The notes: a model not told the origin generated them from the letters alone. A stretch of 38,246 nucleotides of DNA from Octopus bimaculoides (GCF_001194135.2 NC_068988.1:77209556-77247801); one strand, 5' to 3'. Counted from the first letter of the stretch, positions 1-12,444 are shown. Translations and numbers: made by a program.

Positions 1-114
1 ATTCCAAAATGATTCAAAAATAGAATTCTCGAAAAAAAAAATAGATTCCAAAATTTAAAAACGCAATAAATTCCAAAATCGAAAAAAACGGCGGGATCTT
101 AGTTGCCAACCCAA
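1..114. mobile_element. Terminus of a mariner-type element/MITE extending left of the window
   Basis: cttagttgccaacccaa followed by TA (115-116); the reverse complement TA|TTGGGTTGGCAACTAAG resembles a mariner TIR. The other end is not in the window. Confidence 0.55.
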
Positions 115-197
115 TAGAACAAAAAATAATTCAAATGTCATGCATTCTAGTATTAGTAATGATACAGCCTTTGTTTGATTAATTATGTGCTTATATA

Positions 198-1283
198 TTA
201 GGTTGTCAAGTATAAAATTTGTAGAAAAGAAAAAAAGTTTGCTAATGTTTTATAAATACAAGGAATAGTTTTATTCATTAAAGTATGTACCCATATTGTC
301 AATACACTTTTGCCATTTCAGTGGTGGCTTGTTCGGCCCAGAACTGTAAAAGCCTGGCAATCTAGAGTCAATAAAATGTTGGAAAGCCTGTTTTACAGCA
401 TCGTCGGAATTAAATTTTTTTCTTATCAAAAAGTTATCCAAATTCTGGATCCAAATTCTGCAGTATACTTCGGCCGTGATTGATGAGCCAGGTTTAATGA
501 AATCATAATGGATTACACAGACTACCAAACACACCATCAGCTCCTTTTGATGAATTTTGCTGTTTGGACTGTGTTTTGGTGGCTCGTCTTTGTTCAAACA
601 TTGTGCTGAATGTTTACGGTTGTTGTATTGGATCCATTTCTCATCACATGTTACAATTCAATTCAAAAAGTATTCATTTTTGTGACAAGAAAGTAACATA
701 ACGCAGGCTTCCAAACGTAGATGTGTCTGATTTTCATTGAGTTCATGTGGAGCCCACTTATCCAACATTTTCACTTTACTTATTTGAACTAGGAGAGTCA
801 ATATTGTCTGCTTGCTAATGCCAAACAACAACAATTATTCATGGGCACTTTGAGATGGATCTGACCCGACAGTGGCTTTCAGTTCGTCATCATCCACCTT
901 TGTTTCTGGTCGACCGTGTTGCTCATTTGTGAGGTCAAAGTTACCAGAACGAAATTTTGCAAACCAGTTTGATACTGTCTGCTGTGTAATAACATTAGAA
1001 TGAAATACTCCATTAATATTCCGAGATGTCTGTGATGCTGTATTTTCAAGAAAGAACTCATATTTCAAAACTACGAATTTTCGACTTAACTATCTCTAAA
1101 CAAAATTAGCAAAAAAGATTTATAAATACTTTATAAAGTGCAAAATGAGTTAGAATAAAGAAATAGATGTGTCAGCTTTCTAACAAAATAATAAAGATTG
1201 TCTAAATATAATAATGGCACAAAATGAGCGGCTGTCAAAGTTTACCATATACCTTACTACAAATTTCATACTTGACGACCTAA
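198..1283 (-). mobile_element. Internally deleted mariner transposon
   Basis: 27-bp TIRs (198-224 and 1257-1283, 2 mismatches), TA on both sides. Minus-strand transposase pieces: HTH region (NWFAKFRSGNFDL..GRP, 835-1068) and C-terminus (QNLDNFL..KWQKCIDNMGTYF, 271-597). The segment carrying the second and third catalytic Asp is missing. Confidence 0.92.
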
Positions 1284-1344
1284 TACAAATACGTTTGCAT
1301 ATACAAAGAAGTATGGAAGACAGTACTTATAATACTTGAACAAG

Positions 1345-1386
1345 CACACAAATACACACACACACACACATATATATACATATATA

Positions 1387-1422
<36 letters not shown>

Positions 1423-1446
1423 ATCATATATATATATATATACATA

Positions 1447-1486
<40 letters not shown>

Positions 1487-1744
1487 NNNNNNNNNNNNNN
1501 NNNNNNNNNNNNNNNNNNNNNNNNNNNNNNNNNNNNNNNNNNNNNNNNNNNNNNNNNNNNNNNNNNNNNNNNNNNNNNNNNNNNNNNNNNNNNNNNNNNN
1601 NNNNNNNNNNNNNNNNNNNNNNNNNNNNNNNNNNNNNNNNNNNNNNNNNNNNNNNNNNNNNNNNNNNNNNNNNNNNNNNNNNNNNNNNNNNNNNNNNNNN
1701 NNNNGTGTGTGTGTGTGTGTGTGTGCGTGTGTGTGTATGTGTGT

Positions 1745-1778
<34 letters not shown>

Positions 1779-1780
1779 CA
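1345..1780. repeat. (CA)n/(TA)n and (GT)n microsatellites flanking a gap
   Basis: Directly visible. Confidence 0.95.
1487..1704. other. Assembly gap (N run)
   Basis: N bases. Confidence 1.
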
Positions 1781-2870
1781 CATGTAACTGCATATGTGTG
1801 GAGTAATTTTATTTAAGTGTTGAAGTTTCAAAAATCTTTTAACATTAATGTACAAACATATATATACATTTCATATATACTTCTTATATATGCATCAGTA
1901 TGTATATGGGCAAACATATACATTAACACTCATATATAAAGTCATGTGAATGTGAGAGAGTATGTATACACACACAATGGTCAGCTGAAAATTTCATAGG
2001 CCAATCAAGGTACTCATGGAATATGATCAAATGAGATTTATTTTCACCATAGTTCCCTTGCAGTCCACACACTTCTTCCATTGGTGTTGCAGTGCCTAGA
2101 TCCAGTTGGTGAAGAAGCTTTTGTTCTGTTGGTTAATAAAATCATCAACAGCAGATATGGTGCAATACTGTTTCCAGCCAAGTGTTTTTTTTTTCTGTTG
2201 GGGAAGAGATAAGTCAGATGGGGCCTAATCAGAACAGAGAGAGGATCAACCAGTTCAAAGCTACAATCATGCACAGCAGCCTTTGAAACCAATGGCTTTT
2301 GAGCTGGAGCATTGTCCTGATGAAACGAGATCCCTTTGCTCAGTTTTTTTTTTATGACCTTTCATAACTCACAGCATGTAGGCATTGTACTTTTCATTGA
2401 TGGTGTGGCTCTTTTGAAGATAGTCAATAAACACATTATCTTCTTTTGCATCCCAAAGGTTGTCGCTTTCCCTGCAGATGAAATGACTGTAGCCTTCTTT
2501 GGAGCAGTTGATATGTGTTTCCACTGCATGGATTGCCTCTTTGTTTCTGGCTCAGTGGTGAATCCAACTCACCTCCTGGGTTAGGAAACATTCAAGGAAA
2601 CCAGCTGAATCTACCTCAGACAATGTCAGATTTTCCAGTGATATGATCAGCTTGGTGTACTTTCGATTAGGTGTCAGAAGACATGGCACCCACCAAGTAG
2701 CAACTTCTGCCATGCCAGGTTCATTGTTCAGAAGATTCTTAACTCTCTCATGGGATATGCTAATAGGATTGGCTATTTGATTTATAGTCAATCACCTGAC
2801 ATCCTTCGCCATGTGGTGAACACAATATTTCCCTCGGTGGCTGCATTTTCAGGACACCCAGACTTTGGTT

Positions 2871-3850
2871 CATCATCATCATCATCATCATTGTTAACGT
2901 CCGCTTTCCATGCTAGCATGGGTTGGACGATTTGACTGAGGACTGGTGAAACCGGATGGCAACACCAGGCTCCAATCTGATTTGGCAGAGTTTCTACAGC
3001 TGGATGCCCTTCCTAACGNNNNNNNNNNNNNNNNNNNNNNNNNNNNNNNNNNNNNNNNNNNNNNNNNNNNNNNNNNNNNNNNNNNNNNNNNNNNNNNNNN
3101 NNNNNNNNNNNNNNNNNNNNNNNNNNNNNNNNNNNNNNNNNNNNNNNNNNNNNNNNNNNNNNNNNNNNNNNNNNNNNNNNNNNNNNNNNNNNNNNNNNNN
3201 NNNNNNNNNNNNNNNNNNNNNNNNNNNNNNNNNNNNNNNNNNNNNNNNNNNNNNNNNNNNNNNNNNNNNNNNNNNNNNNNNNNNNNNNNNNNNNNNNNNN
3301 NNNNNNNNNNNNNNNNNNNNNNNNNNNNNNNNNNNNNNNNNNNNNNNNNNNNNNNNNNNNNNNNNNNNNNNNNNNNNNNNNNNNNNNNNNNNNNNNNNNN
3401 NNNNNNNNNNNNNNNNNNNNNNNNNNNNNNNNNNNNNNNNNNNNNNNNNNNNNNNNNNNNNNNNNNNNNNNNNNNNNNNNNNNNNNNNNNNNNNNNNNNN
3501 NNNNNNNNNNNAGTAGTCATCGCCTCAGTGAGGTCCAATGTTCGAAGGTCTTGCCTCACCACCTCAGCCCAGGTCTTCCTGGGCCTACCTCTTCCACGGG
3601 TTCCCTCAACTGTTAGGGTGTGGCACTTTTTCACGCAGCTATCATCATCCATTCTCACCACATATCCATACCAGTGCAATCGTCTCTCTTGCACACCACA
3701 ACTGATGCTTCTTATGTTCAGCTTTTCTCTCAAGATACTTACACTCTGTCGGGTATGCACACTGACATTACACATCCAACGGAGCATACTGGCTTCATTT
3801 CTTGCGAGCTTACGCATGTCCTCAGCAGCCACAGCCCATGTTTCTCCTCC
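2871..3850 (-). mobile_element. 5'-truncated RTE LINE nested in mariner
   Basis: ETWAVAAEDMRKLARNEASMLRWMC..RRLHWYGYVVRM..GRGRPRKTW is an RTE ORF2 C-terminus; 3' tail with (GAT)n at 2871-2891; middle lies in the gap. Confidence 0.9.
3019..3511. other. Assembly gap (N run)
   Basis: N bases. Confidence 1.
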
Positions 3851-4136
3851 TAAATTCAGCTGCCCACTATTGCATTGTTGATAAAGCTGGAGTGTCATCC
3901 CTAATGTAGCAACCATGTCTGCATAAATGTTCTTGAGGTTTAAACTCTTTTCTGCAGGTGATTGATGATACTATGATGCCAAATATTGTCCATTTTCAAG
4001 AGAAGTTGCCACTTGTTACTTTTGAAATCTTCTTTGAACAGTAAGATGTCAGTTTACCTGGAAAGAGACAATAAGGAGTGTTGAATTTAATGCATGCAAG
4101 ATTTCACAGCTCTAGCATCAATCCTTCAGAGTCAGC

Positions 4137-4191
<55 letters not shown>

Positions 4192-4194
<3 letters not shown>

Positions 4195-4300
4195 TTTACG
4201 TGCCACTTGCACAGGAGCCAGTCCAGCAGCACTGGCAACGATCTCGCTCGACTGTCTTTACACGTGCCACCGGCACAAGTGCCAGGAAGGCGACGCTAGG
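4192..4300 (-). repeat. Isolated fragment of the RTE 3' UTR 65-bp repeat array
   Basis: Reverse complement (gcgtcgccttcctggcacttgtgccggtggcacgtgtaaagac..gatcgttgccagtgctgctggactggctcctgtgc) matches units 2-3 at about 16120-16230. Confidence 0.7.
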
Positions 4301-4767
4301 CACATATATATAATATGTAAATGGGTAGTGAAATGAAAAAGCAGTTGAAATCAGAAAGATTATCAGGTAAGGAGTACAGAAATAAATACTAAGTTAATCA
4401 AGTGAAGCATATGGTATGGAGAGAATAGAAAACGAAGAGTAAAAATTCAAAAGTAGTAGTAATATCCACAAAGTGTGTGCAATGAAGATAAACAAATGGA
4501 AAAATAAAAGAAACAAAACAGGAATAAGTTTCAGGTCATACCCGTAAATGAACAGAAACAGTTACAGAAACACAAAAGATACCAAATTTAGGGTACTTGT
4601 ACAGATGTTGGCTTGTAAATCACTTTCAGTCTTTTCTTCATAATCTTTCTGTCTGCCTCTATCTATTTATATTGATATGCCTATATCTAGTTGCCTTCTA
4701 AGACATCTCAATGCTTCTAAAAGCAAACTTCATTTGTTTGTTTACGTTGGTCGTAATTTGAATTTAA

Positions 4768-4810
<43 letters not shown>

Positions 4811-5511
4811 NNNNNNNNNNNNNNNNNNNNNNNNNNNNNNNNNNNNNNNNNNNNNNNNNNNNNNNNNNNNNNNNNNNNNNNNNNNNNNNNNNNNNNNNNN
4901 NNNNNNNNNNNNNNNNNNNNNNNNNNNNNNNNNNNNNNNNNNNNNNNNNNNNNNNNNNNNNNNNNNNNNNNNNNNNNNNNNNNNNNNNNNNNNNNNNNNN
5001 NNNNNNNNNNNNNNNNNNNNNNNNNNNNNNNNNNNNNNNNNNNNNNNNNNNNNNNNNNNNNNNNNNNNNNNNNNNNNNNNNNNNNNNNNNNNNNNNNNNN
5101 NNNNNNNNNNNNNNNNNNNNNNNNNNNNNNNNNNNNNNNNNNNNNNNNNNNNNNNNNNNNNNNNNNNNNNNNNNNNNNNNNNNNNNNNNNNNNNNNNNNN
5201 NNNNNNNNNNNNNNNNNNNNNNNNNNNNNNNNNNNNNNNNNNNNNNNNNNNNNNNNNNNNNNNNNNNNNNNNNNNNNNNNNNNNNNNNNNNNNNNNNNNN
5301 NNNNNNNNNNNNNNNNNNNNNNNNNNNNNNNNNNNNNNNNNNNNNNNNNNNNNNNNNNNNNNNNNNNNNNNNNNNNNNNNNNNNNNNNNNNNNNNNNNNN
5401 NNNNNNNNNNNNNNNNNNNNNNNNNNNNNNNNNNNNNNNNNNNNNNNNNNNNNNNNNNNNNNNNNNNNNNNNNNNNNNNNNNNNNNNNNNNNNNNNNNNN
5501 NNNNNNNNNNN
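4811..5511. other. Assembly gap (N run) between (TA)n tracts
   Basis: N bases. Confidence 1.
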
Positions 5512-5565
<54 letters not shown>

Positions 5566-6834
5566 TATACACATACACACATATACAGACACACACGCAC
5601 AGAGGCTGAATAGGAAATGAACTATGAAACATATTAGTGCAATCTCATTTGCTTTTTTGTGTATGAAGAGAAACTAAGATGTTTTTGCTTATGTTTTAAG
5701 TCATACATCAAAAGGCATAAAAATGTTGTTCACGGCATATATAATTATGAATTGTATAAGCATAAATGTACAATATAAAAATTAGTCTAAACATTAGAAG
5801 GAAGATCTTGTTTGTGTTTGATTTAAATAGTGATTTGTTAACTACTATAAACACAAATGTACAATATAAACTACCCTATCTGTGCATTAATGTACAGTAT
5901 AAACTACTCTATCTGTTGTGCTTATCTTCAGAAGTGTTTTCATTGAACATGGAGTGTAATGCCCTTTAACTTTCTGTGTATAAAAACAAAAAAGATGTAT
6001 TGAAGTTTTTCAAGTTCCACAGTGAAAAGTTTAAAGGCTGTCAGCTACTTTAAATTTATCTTAGATTTTCTCCTATGTAATATGCAACACATACATATAT
6101 ATATAAACTCACTAACAGCCCCTGTGCACACACACACACACATGTGTACACGTGTGTGTGTGTGTGTGTATAAAAATACACATATATATGCACACATACA
6201 CACACATACATACATGCACACATATATACACACAAACACACACACTTATAAAACGACATATATATCTAATTACAATATTTATAACATTTTCCCACTTCAC
6301 AAAAAAAATTAAATAACATTGATGCTGCAATAAATAAAAAAAAGATAGTTATTTAAAGATTTTTTCCATCTAAAAACATCTTACGTTTCCTGAAAAATCT
6401 AATTTTTTAAACTTGACATTTTCTTTAAAGTAACTGTTTTAACAGTTCCTATTTTACTAGTCATTTATAAATGCTATTCATATATTTTTTTTGTGCGTTC
6501 AAATATTTTTTTCTAAATGTTTAATGGAGTGTTTATTTGATTTTGGTTATTGAATGGCTGAAACTAAGTGTATCTTATAACTCAGTTGAAGTAAATCAAA
6601 AATACAAATACACACACATACTCTTGGTGTGTAGAGAGAGAGAGAGAGAGGGGGAGGATGGAGAGAAAGGGGGCAGACAGCCTTATAAATTTGACTATAA
6701 ACACACAAAAGTATGCATATTTAAATGTATATTTAGAAAGAAACAATGAAAATGGACGATATTTCCTGTGTACATACATACTTAGGTATATAAGCCTGAA
6801 CGTATGTATGTATGTACCATTTTATCTATATATA

Positions 6835-7685
6835 TTGTGCTGAGTCAAAAGCTGTACAATATTTTGGTAACCTATTTGCTTTGTCAAGTGACAAAGAAAG
6901 AGCCTAGCATTCAAAGAAGAGGCCATTATAGTGCATTATCTGAAGCCATCTGTTTTTTTTTTTTTTTATCTCATACTGATGCAAATTCTTGTGCTTTGGG
7001 GTGAAAAACTCCTTCACAGACGTTTCCACCTCCTCTTGGTTGATCAAGTGGTGAAAGTGCAGGAAGTAAACCATGGAGTGGACCAAGTAATAATGAGAGG
7101 GAGCTAGGCCTGGACTATATTCTGAGTGTGGCATTAGTTTGAGAGGTATGGCGTCTTGTGTTATCTTGCTGCAGAAGAGCACACTTTCTGTTAACCAATG
7201 CAGGGTATTGTTGCCACACAATGGCATACATCCATGAGATGCCGAGATTGCCTGAAACTCTCTGAGTGCTACTCATCAGATTTGTTTTTATGGCTTGGAA
7301 CACAGCCTTGGAATCCACAGTTTCAGGTGTACCTGACCTTGCCTGATCGTTGAGGTTCTTGCAACCTTAGCAAAACTTCCTGAACCATCTGGTTACTGTA
7401 CTGCAAGTTCTCCAACTTCACCTCTCACACAACAAATGTTTTTGGTTGTTTCTGTGGTGTTATAGGCTTAGTTTGAACTTGTAAAACATAAGTTCCAAAT
7501 TAAATTATGTTGCACGTTCATCTGTGCATCTTTCAAATCACAAATGGAATGAATCAATGCACAATATGTCAGTACACTAACAACCGTGATATTACCAGTT
7601 ACAGCTGGAATCGCGTTGGTCACGTGATAGACACACTACAAACCAGCACATATGTGAATATTGCAAAACTTTAGACTCACCTCAA
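6835..7685 (-). mobile_element. Internally deleted mariner transposon (about 850 bp)
   Basis: Imperfect inverted ends (6833-6863 vs 7657-7687, 6 mismatches in 31, TA included). Minus-strand motifs LVNRKCALLQQDNTRRHT and HSEYSPGLAPSHY; the region with the first catalytic Asp is deleted. Confidence 0.85.
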
Positions 7686-7697
7686 TACATGCATATA

Positions 7698-8579
7698 TGA
7701 GGGGTACCCAAAAGAAACCGGCTTTGCAATGTTATTTTATTCACTTAATTTTACATATTTACACTTCTATCACCTTCAAAGTATTCTCCATTTGAAGCAA
7801 TGCATTGGTCCAAGTGTGTTTCCCACTATTCAAAGTGGTGCTGGAACTCTTGTGAAGTGATACCTTTGTCATTTTTTTTCTTCGCCTCTTCTGCCTCTGC
7901 AAATTCCATAGCACCAGCTTTCATCTTCAGTGTCGACTTTGAAAAAAGGTTTGGATCAACTTCCAGCTGTTCATTCAGTCCATGACATGCATTCAGTTGT
8001 GACTGCTTCTGATCTTCCATGAGCAAGCAAGGCACAAATTTTGCTGCAACACTTTTCATTCGCAATTCCTCACTTAGAATTCGTTGGCAGGAGCTCCAAG
8101 ACATATCAACAAGTTAGTCAATTGTTCAGTGACAGTCCTCCAAGGTCAGTTCAGGAATTTTCCTGATGCTTTCGTTTGCTCAGGAGGTCAACAGTTGCCC
8201 TGCACAAGGTTGGTCTTCAAGTGACAAGTGACCATTCCTAAAGTGTGAAAACCACTCATAAACTTGTGTTTGGCTCATGGCAGTGTCCTTGTGAACTGTT
8301 TGAAGCATGACAACTGTTTCAGCCTCTGTTTTCCTCGGCAGAAAATGGAATTTCATGGAAGCATGCTGTTCCTTCGCTTCATCCATCGCAAAAATCAACG
8401 AACAGGGGAGAAGCACTGTGAAACAAAGACACACCACGTGGTAGAATGACGTCAACCAATGCTGCTGGTCAGCAGATTGAAGCTTGACGGTCACGTAAGT
8501 GGTTTCTAACAGTGGAAGCCTGAACTACAATGGGCTTGTCCCACAGACAACAGTTCTGGTACTTTTGGGTACCTCATCA
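7698..8579 (-). mobile_element. Internally deleted mariner transposon (about 880 bp)
   Basis: Inverted ends tatgaggggtacccaaaagaaacc / ggtacttttgggtacctcatcata. Minus-strand peptides QVYEWFSHFRNGHLSLEDQP and MKSVAAKFVPCLL join directly to C-terminal KGITSQEFQHHFE, so the DD34D core is absent. Confidence 0.88.
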
Positions 8580-8600
8580 TATATATGTGTATATATATAT

Positions 8601-8827
8601 TACTCTTACTCTTTACTCTTTTACTTGTTTCAGTCATTTGACTGTGGCCATGCTGGGGCACCGCCTTTAGTCGAGCAAATCGACCTCAGGACTTATTCTT
8701 TGTAAGCCTAGTACTTATTCTATCGGTCTCTTTTTGCCGAACCTCTAAGTTACGGAGACGTAAACACACCAGCATCAGTTGTCAAGCAAAGTTGGGGGGG
8801 GGGACAAACACAAACACACAAACACAG

Positions 8828-8870
<43 letters not shown>

Positions 8871-9034
8871 TACGACAGGCTTCTTTCAGTTTCCGTCTAC
8901 CAAATCCACTGACAAGGCTTTGGTCAGTCCGAGGCTATAGTATAAGACACTTGCCCAAGGTGCCACGTAGTGCGACTGAACCCGGAACCATGTGGTTGGT
9001 AAGCAAGCTACTTACCACACAGCCACTCCTGCGC

Positions 9035-9037
<3 letters not shown>
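8601..9037 (-). mobile_element. tRNA-derived SINE (type 1), full length
   Basis: Minus-strand head GGCGCAGGAGTGGCTGTGTGGTAAG (A box-like) ..GGTTCAGTC (B box-like), body, internal (TA/CA)n tract and (AAGAGTA)-like tail; near-identical layout at 27981-28386. Confidence 0.9.
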
Positions 9038-9083
<46 letters not shown>

Positions 9084-9238
9084 TGTGTGTGTGTGTGTGT
9101 ATGCATATATGTATATGTATGTAGTAGAACTGTGAAACATTTAAAGACAGTTGAGACTTTCTTTTTAAAGATTGTAATCAGGAGGATATTATAAGCTTAT
9201 GCTTTTGCATGTACATGCACACATGTACATACATGCAT

Positions 9239-9281
<43 letters not shown>

Positions 9282-9589
9282 NNNNNNNNNNNNNNNNNNN
9301 NNNNNNNNNNNNNNNNNNNNNNNNNNNNNNNNNNNNNNNNNNNNNNNNNNNNNNNNNNNNNNNNNNNNNNNNNNNNNNNNNNNNNNNNNNNNNNNNNNNN
9401 NNNNNNNNNNNNNNNNNNNNNNNNNNNNNNNNNNNNNNNNNNNNNNNNNNNNNNNNNNNNNNNNNNNNNNNNNNNNNNNNNNNNNNNNNNNNNNNNNNNN
9501 NNNNNNNNNNNNNNNNNNNNNNNNNNNNNNNNNNNNNNNNNNNNNNNNNNNNNNNNNNNNNNNNNNNNNNNNNNNNNNNNNNNNNNNNN
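9282..9589. other. Assembly gap (N run) between (CA)n and (TA)n
   Basis: N bases. Confidence 1.
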
Positions 9590-9601
9590 ATATATATATA
9601 T

Positions 9602-9650
<49 letters not shown>

Positions 9651-9769
9651 TCTAAGTTCGTTTTCAGTGAACATTCTGAATATGCATACAAAAGCTCCTA
9701 TTTTATTATGCTGGTTACATCCTAATGATGCCAACTGGTATTACCAGCTTTTGGGGGATTGCACCGAAC

Positions 9770-10500
9770 TGTGCTGATATAGTCTTCCAAATATCACAAA
9801 ATCATCAACAAGCACAATGTAAAATTAGCATATGCAACCTCTCACAATCTAGAATATTGCATAAACAAACAAAATAATACAAAACTCAATAGGATAAAAC
9901 TAGTGTGGGGCATAAAGAAAAAGTGCAGCTCATAACATAATAAATGACGAAGAAATGTTTGCAAATAGGAATAATAAAAACTCGTCAATTGCAAAAACAG
10001 GTTCAAGCAACACCACACGATTGGCAGTCCAATCCATGCATAAGAAAAATGAGAACACAATTACAAGAGGAAGAACAAATGTGACCACCAGCAATAACTC
10101 TACTTACAGAATCAAAGAAGATAATATAACATGTAACTGCAAATGTTGAGAGAAATGCAGGTTTAACAACTGCATGATAAAGCATGTGGTTTACAAATGT
10201 GAGTTGAAGGTGGGTACATTGGGGGTACTGGAGACACCATGAAAAATCATTTGTGCAACCAACTTCTGTCATTTTCCAATGTAAACAAAAGACCCTTCAC
10301 ATCATCATCTAACCTCATCTGGAAGCTCAAACAGAATGGAGTAGAGCATATGACCCACTGGTTTATTATAAAAAAAAGCTGCACCATACAATAGAACATT
10401 GCTAGTGTGAAACTTATGTCTAGAGGAAACCCTGGAGATTATTACATTCAGAGAAAACAATTAATAGACATTCCAAAGTTATTATATGATATAAGCATAA
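9770..10500 (+). mobile_element. Penelope-like element relic (linker plus GIY-YIG endonuclease region)
   Basis: Broken plus-strand peptides YHKIINKHNVKLAYATSHNL, TCNCKC, HVVYKCE and LIWKLKQNGVEH, followed by a decayed C..C..E motif, resemble PLE C-terminal regions; stops and frameshifts throughout. Confidence 0.7.
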
Positions 10501-11186
10501 AAGCGAGGCATCATTCCTAGAATTAAAAAAAACATATTTTGAAACAGAAAAACACTAAGTGCTTTTAGCATATAATAGAACAAGAGAAGAACATATAAAC
10601 AACTAAACAAAATAACCAATATTTTCATTATGTTATACTATCATACCACCAAAAGTAATTAAAAGGTAATTTTAAGAAAATATTTATCAACTCGGACAAT
10701 GAACTCCAACAAGTGAGTGGCTGTAATGACTGACCCAACTACTGCTGAATTCATTGAAGAGGTGCCTGATGCAGATAAGGTCAACCCAAAGAACTAAACT
10801 AGCCATCCTGACATCTGCATATTAAAATATCAAAATAAGTCCAAAATCACCACACACACATCCATCTTATAACTACCATTCCTTCCTCTCTTTCCATCAC
10901 CTTCTACTTCTCTCCACCAAATACACACAGAAAAGCCCTCATATCTTAATCAACCTTCAAATTGGTCAACATTGATAAACAACCCTCAGTTAAACAGCTG
11001 ATAATGCCATATCACCTGAAGAAGTGAATACATGAACACGATCCATCCAATGTCCAAGAATACTATGGATTGTACTGTAACCATCCCCGGAATACAGACT
11101 ATGATGTTAAGAAATGTGATTTGTAGAAATGTGCGTAGTGGTGCCTTAAAATATAAATTCCATCCAAGGATTGTTATTACTATATA

Positions 11187-11357
11187 TGAGGGGGTGCGCA
11201 AAAGAAAGACGCACCATGTGGCAGAATGACTTCTCCTGACACTGCTGGTTGGGAGACTGATGTCTGAGCGTTGCATCAAGTGGCTTCTAGCTGCAGAAGC
11301 CTGAACTACAATGGGCTTGTCCCACAGAGAATGTTTCTGGTTACTTTTGGTTACCTC

Positions 11358-11358
<1 letters not shown>
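11187..11358 (-). mobile_element. About 170-bp MITE-like derivative of the 7698-8579 mariner family
   Basis: Starts TA|TGAGGGGGTGCGCAAAAGAAA (like 7696) and then aligns to 8430-8580, including a shared gaagcctgaactacaatgggcttgtcccacaga and the opposite TIR. Confidence 0.75.
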
Positions 11359-11421
<63 letters not shown>

Positions 11422-12332
11422 NNNNNNNNNNNNNNNNNNNNNNNNNNNNNNNNNNNNNNNNNNNNNNNNNNNNNNNNNNNNNNNNNNNNNNNNNNNNNNN
11501 NNNNNNNNNNNNNNNNNNNNNNNNNNNNNNNNNNNNNNNNNNNNNNNNNNNNNNNNNNNNNNNNNNNNNNNNNNNNNNNNNNNNNNNNNNNNNNNNNNNN
11601 NNNNNNNNNNNNNNNNNNNNNNNNNNNNNNNNNNNNNNNNNNNNNNNNNNNNNNNNNNNNNNNNNNNNNNNNNNNNNNNNNNNNNNNNNNNNNNNNNNNN
11701 NNNNNNNNNNNNNNNNNNNNNNNNNNNNNNNNNNNNNNNNNNNNNNNNNNNNNNNNNNNNNNNNNNNNNNNNNNNNNNNNNNNNNNNNNNNNNNNNNNNN
11801 NNNNNNNNNNNNNNNNNNNNNNNNNNNNNNNNNNNNNNNNNNNNNNNNNNNNNNNNNNNNNNNNNNNNNNNNNNNNNNNNNNNNNNNNNNNNNNNNNNNN
11901 NNNNNNNNNNNNNNNNNNNNNNNNNNNNNNNNNNNNNNNNNNNNNNNNNNNNNNNNNNNNNNNNNNNNNNNNNNNNNNNNNNNNNNNNNNNNNNNNNNNN
12001 NNNNNNNNNNNNNNNNNNNNNNNNNNNNNNNNNNNNNNNNNNNNNNNNNNNNNNNNNNNNNNNNNNNNNNNNNNNNNNNNNNNNNNNNNNNNNNNNNNNN
12101 NNNNNNNNNNNNNNNNNNNNNNNNNNNNNNNNNNNNNNNNNNNNNNNNNNNNNNNNNNNNNNNNNNNNNNNNNNNNNNNNNNNNNNNNNNNNNNNNNNNN
12201 NNNNNNNNNNNNNNNNNNNNNNNNNNNNNNNNNNNNNNNNNNNNNNNNNNNNNNNNNNNNNNNNNNNNNNNNNNNNNNNNNNNNNNNNNNNNNNNNNNNN
12301 NNNNNNNNNNNNNNNNNNNNNNNNNNNNNNNN
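11422..12332. other. Assembly gap (N run) between (TA)n tracts
   Basis: N bases. Confidence 1.
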
Positions 12333-12424
<92 letters not shown>

Positions 12425-12444
12425 AAGAGAAAGTGAGAGAGAGA

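Larger units (their letters stand above)
1974..4138 (-). mobile_element. Decayed mariner transposon interrupted by an RTE insertion
   Basis: Minus-strand fragments in correct order: ADMVATLG..WAAEFRR (about 3850-3920), then past the RTE TINQIAN..ISHERV..WVPCLLT (2552-2791), FHQDNAPAQK (about 2300) and WKKCVDCKG (about 2050). TIR-like ggtcagctgaaaatttcataggc at about 1979; the far TIR is eroded next to a (GT)n tract. Confidence 0.85.

Noticed and set aside
5856-5916. 33-bp imperfect tandem duplication
   Set aside because: Ordinary slippage duplication with no further structure.
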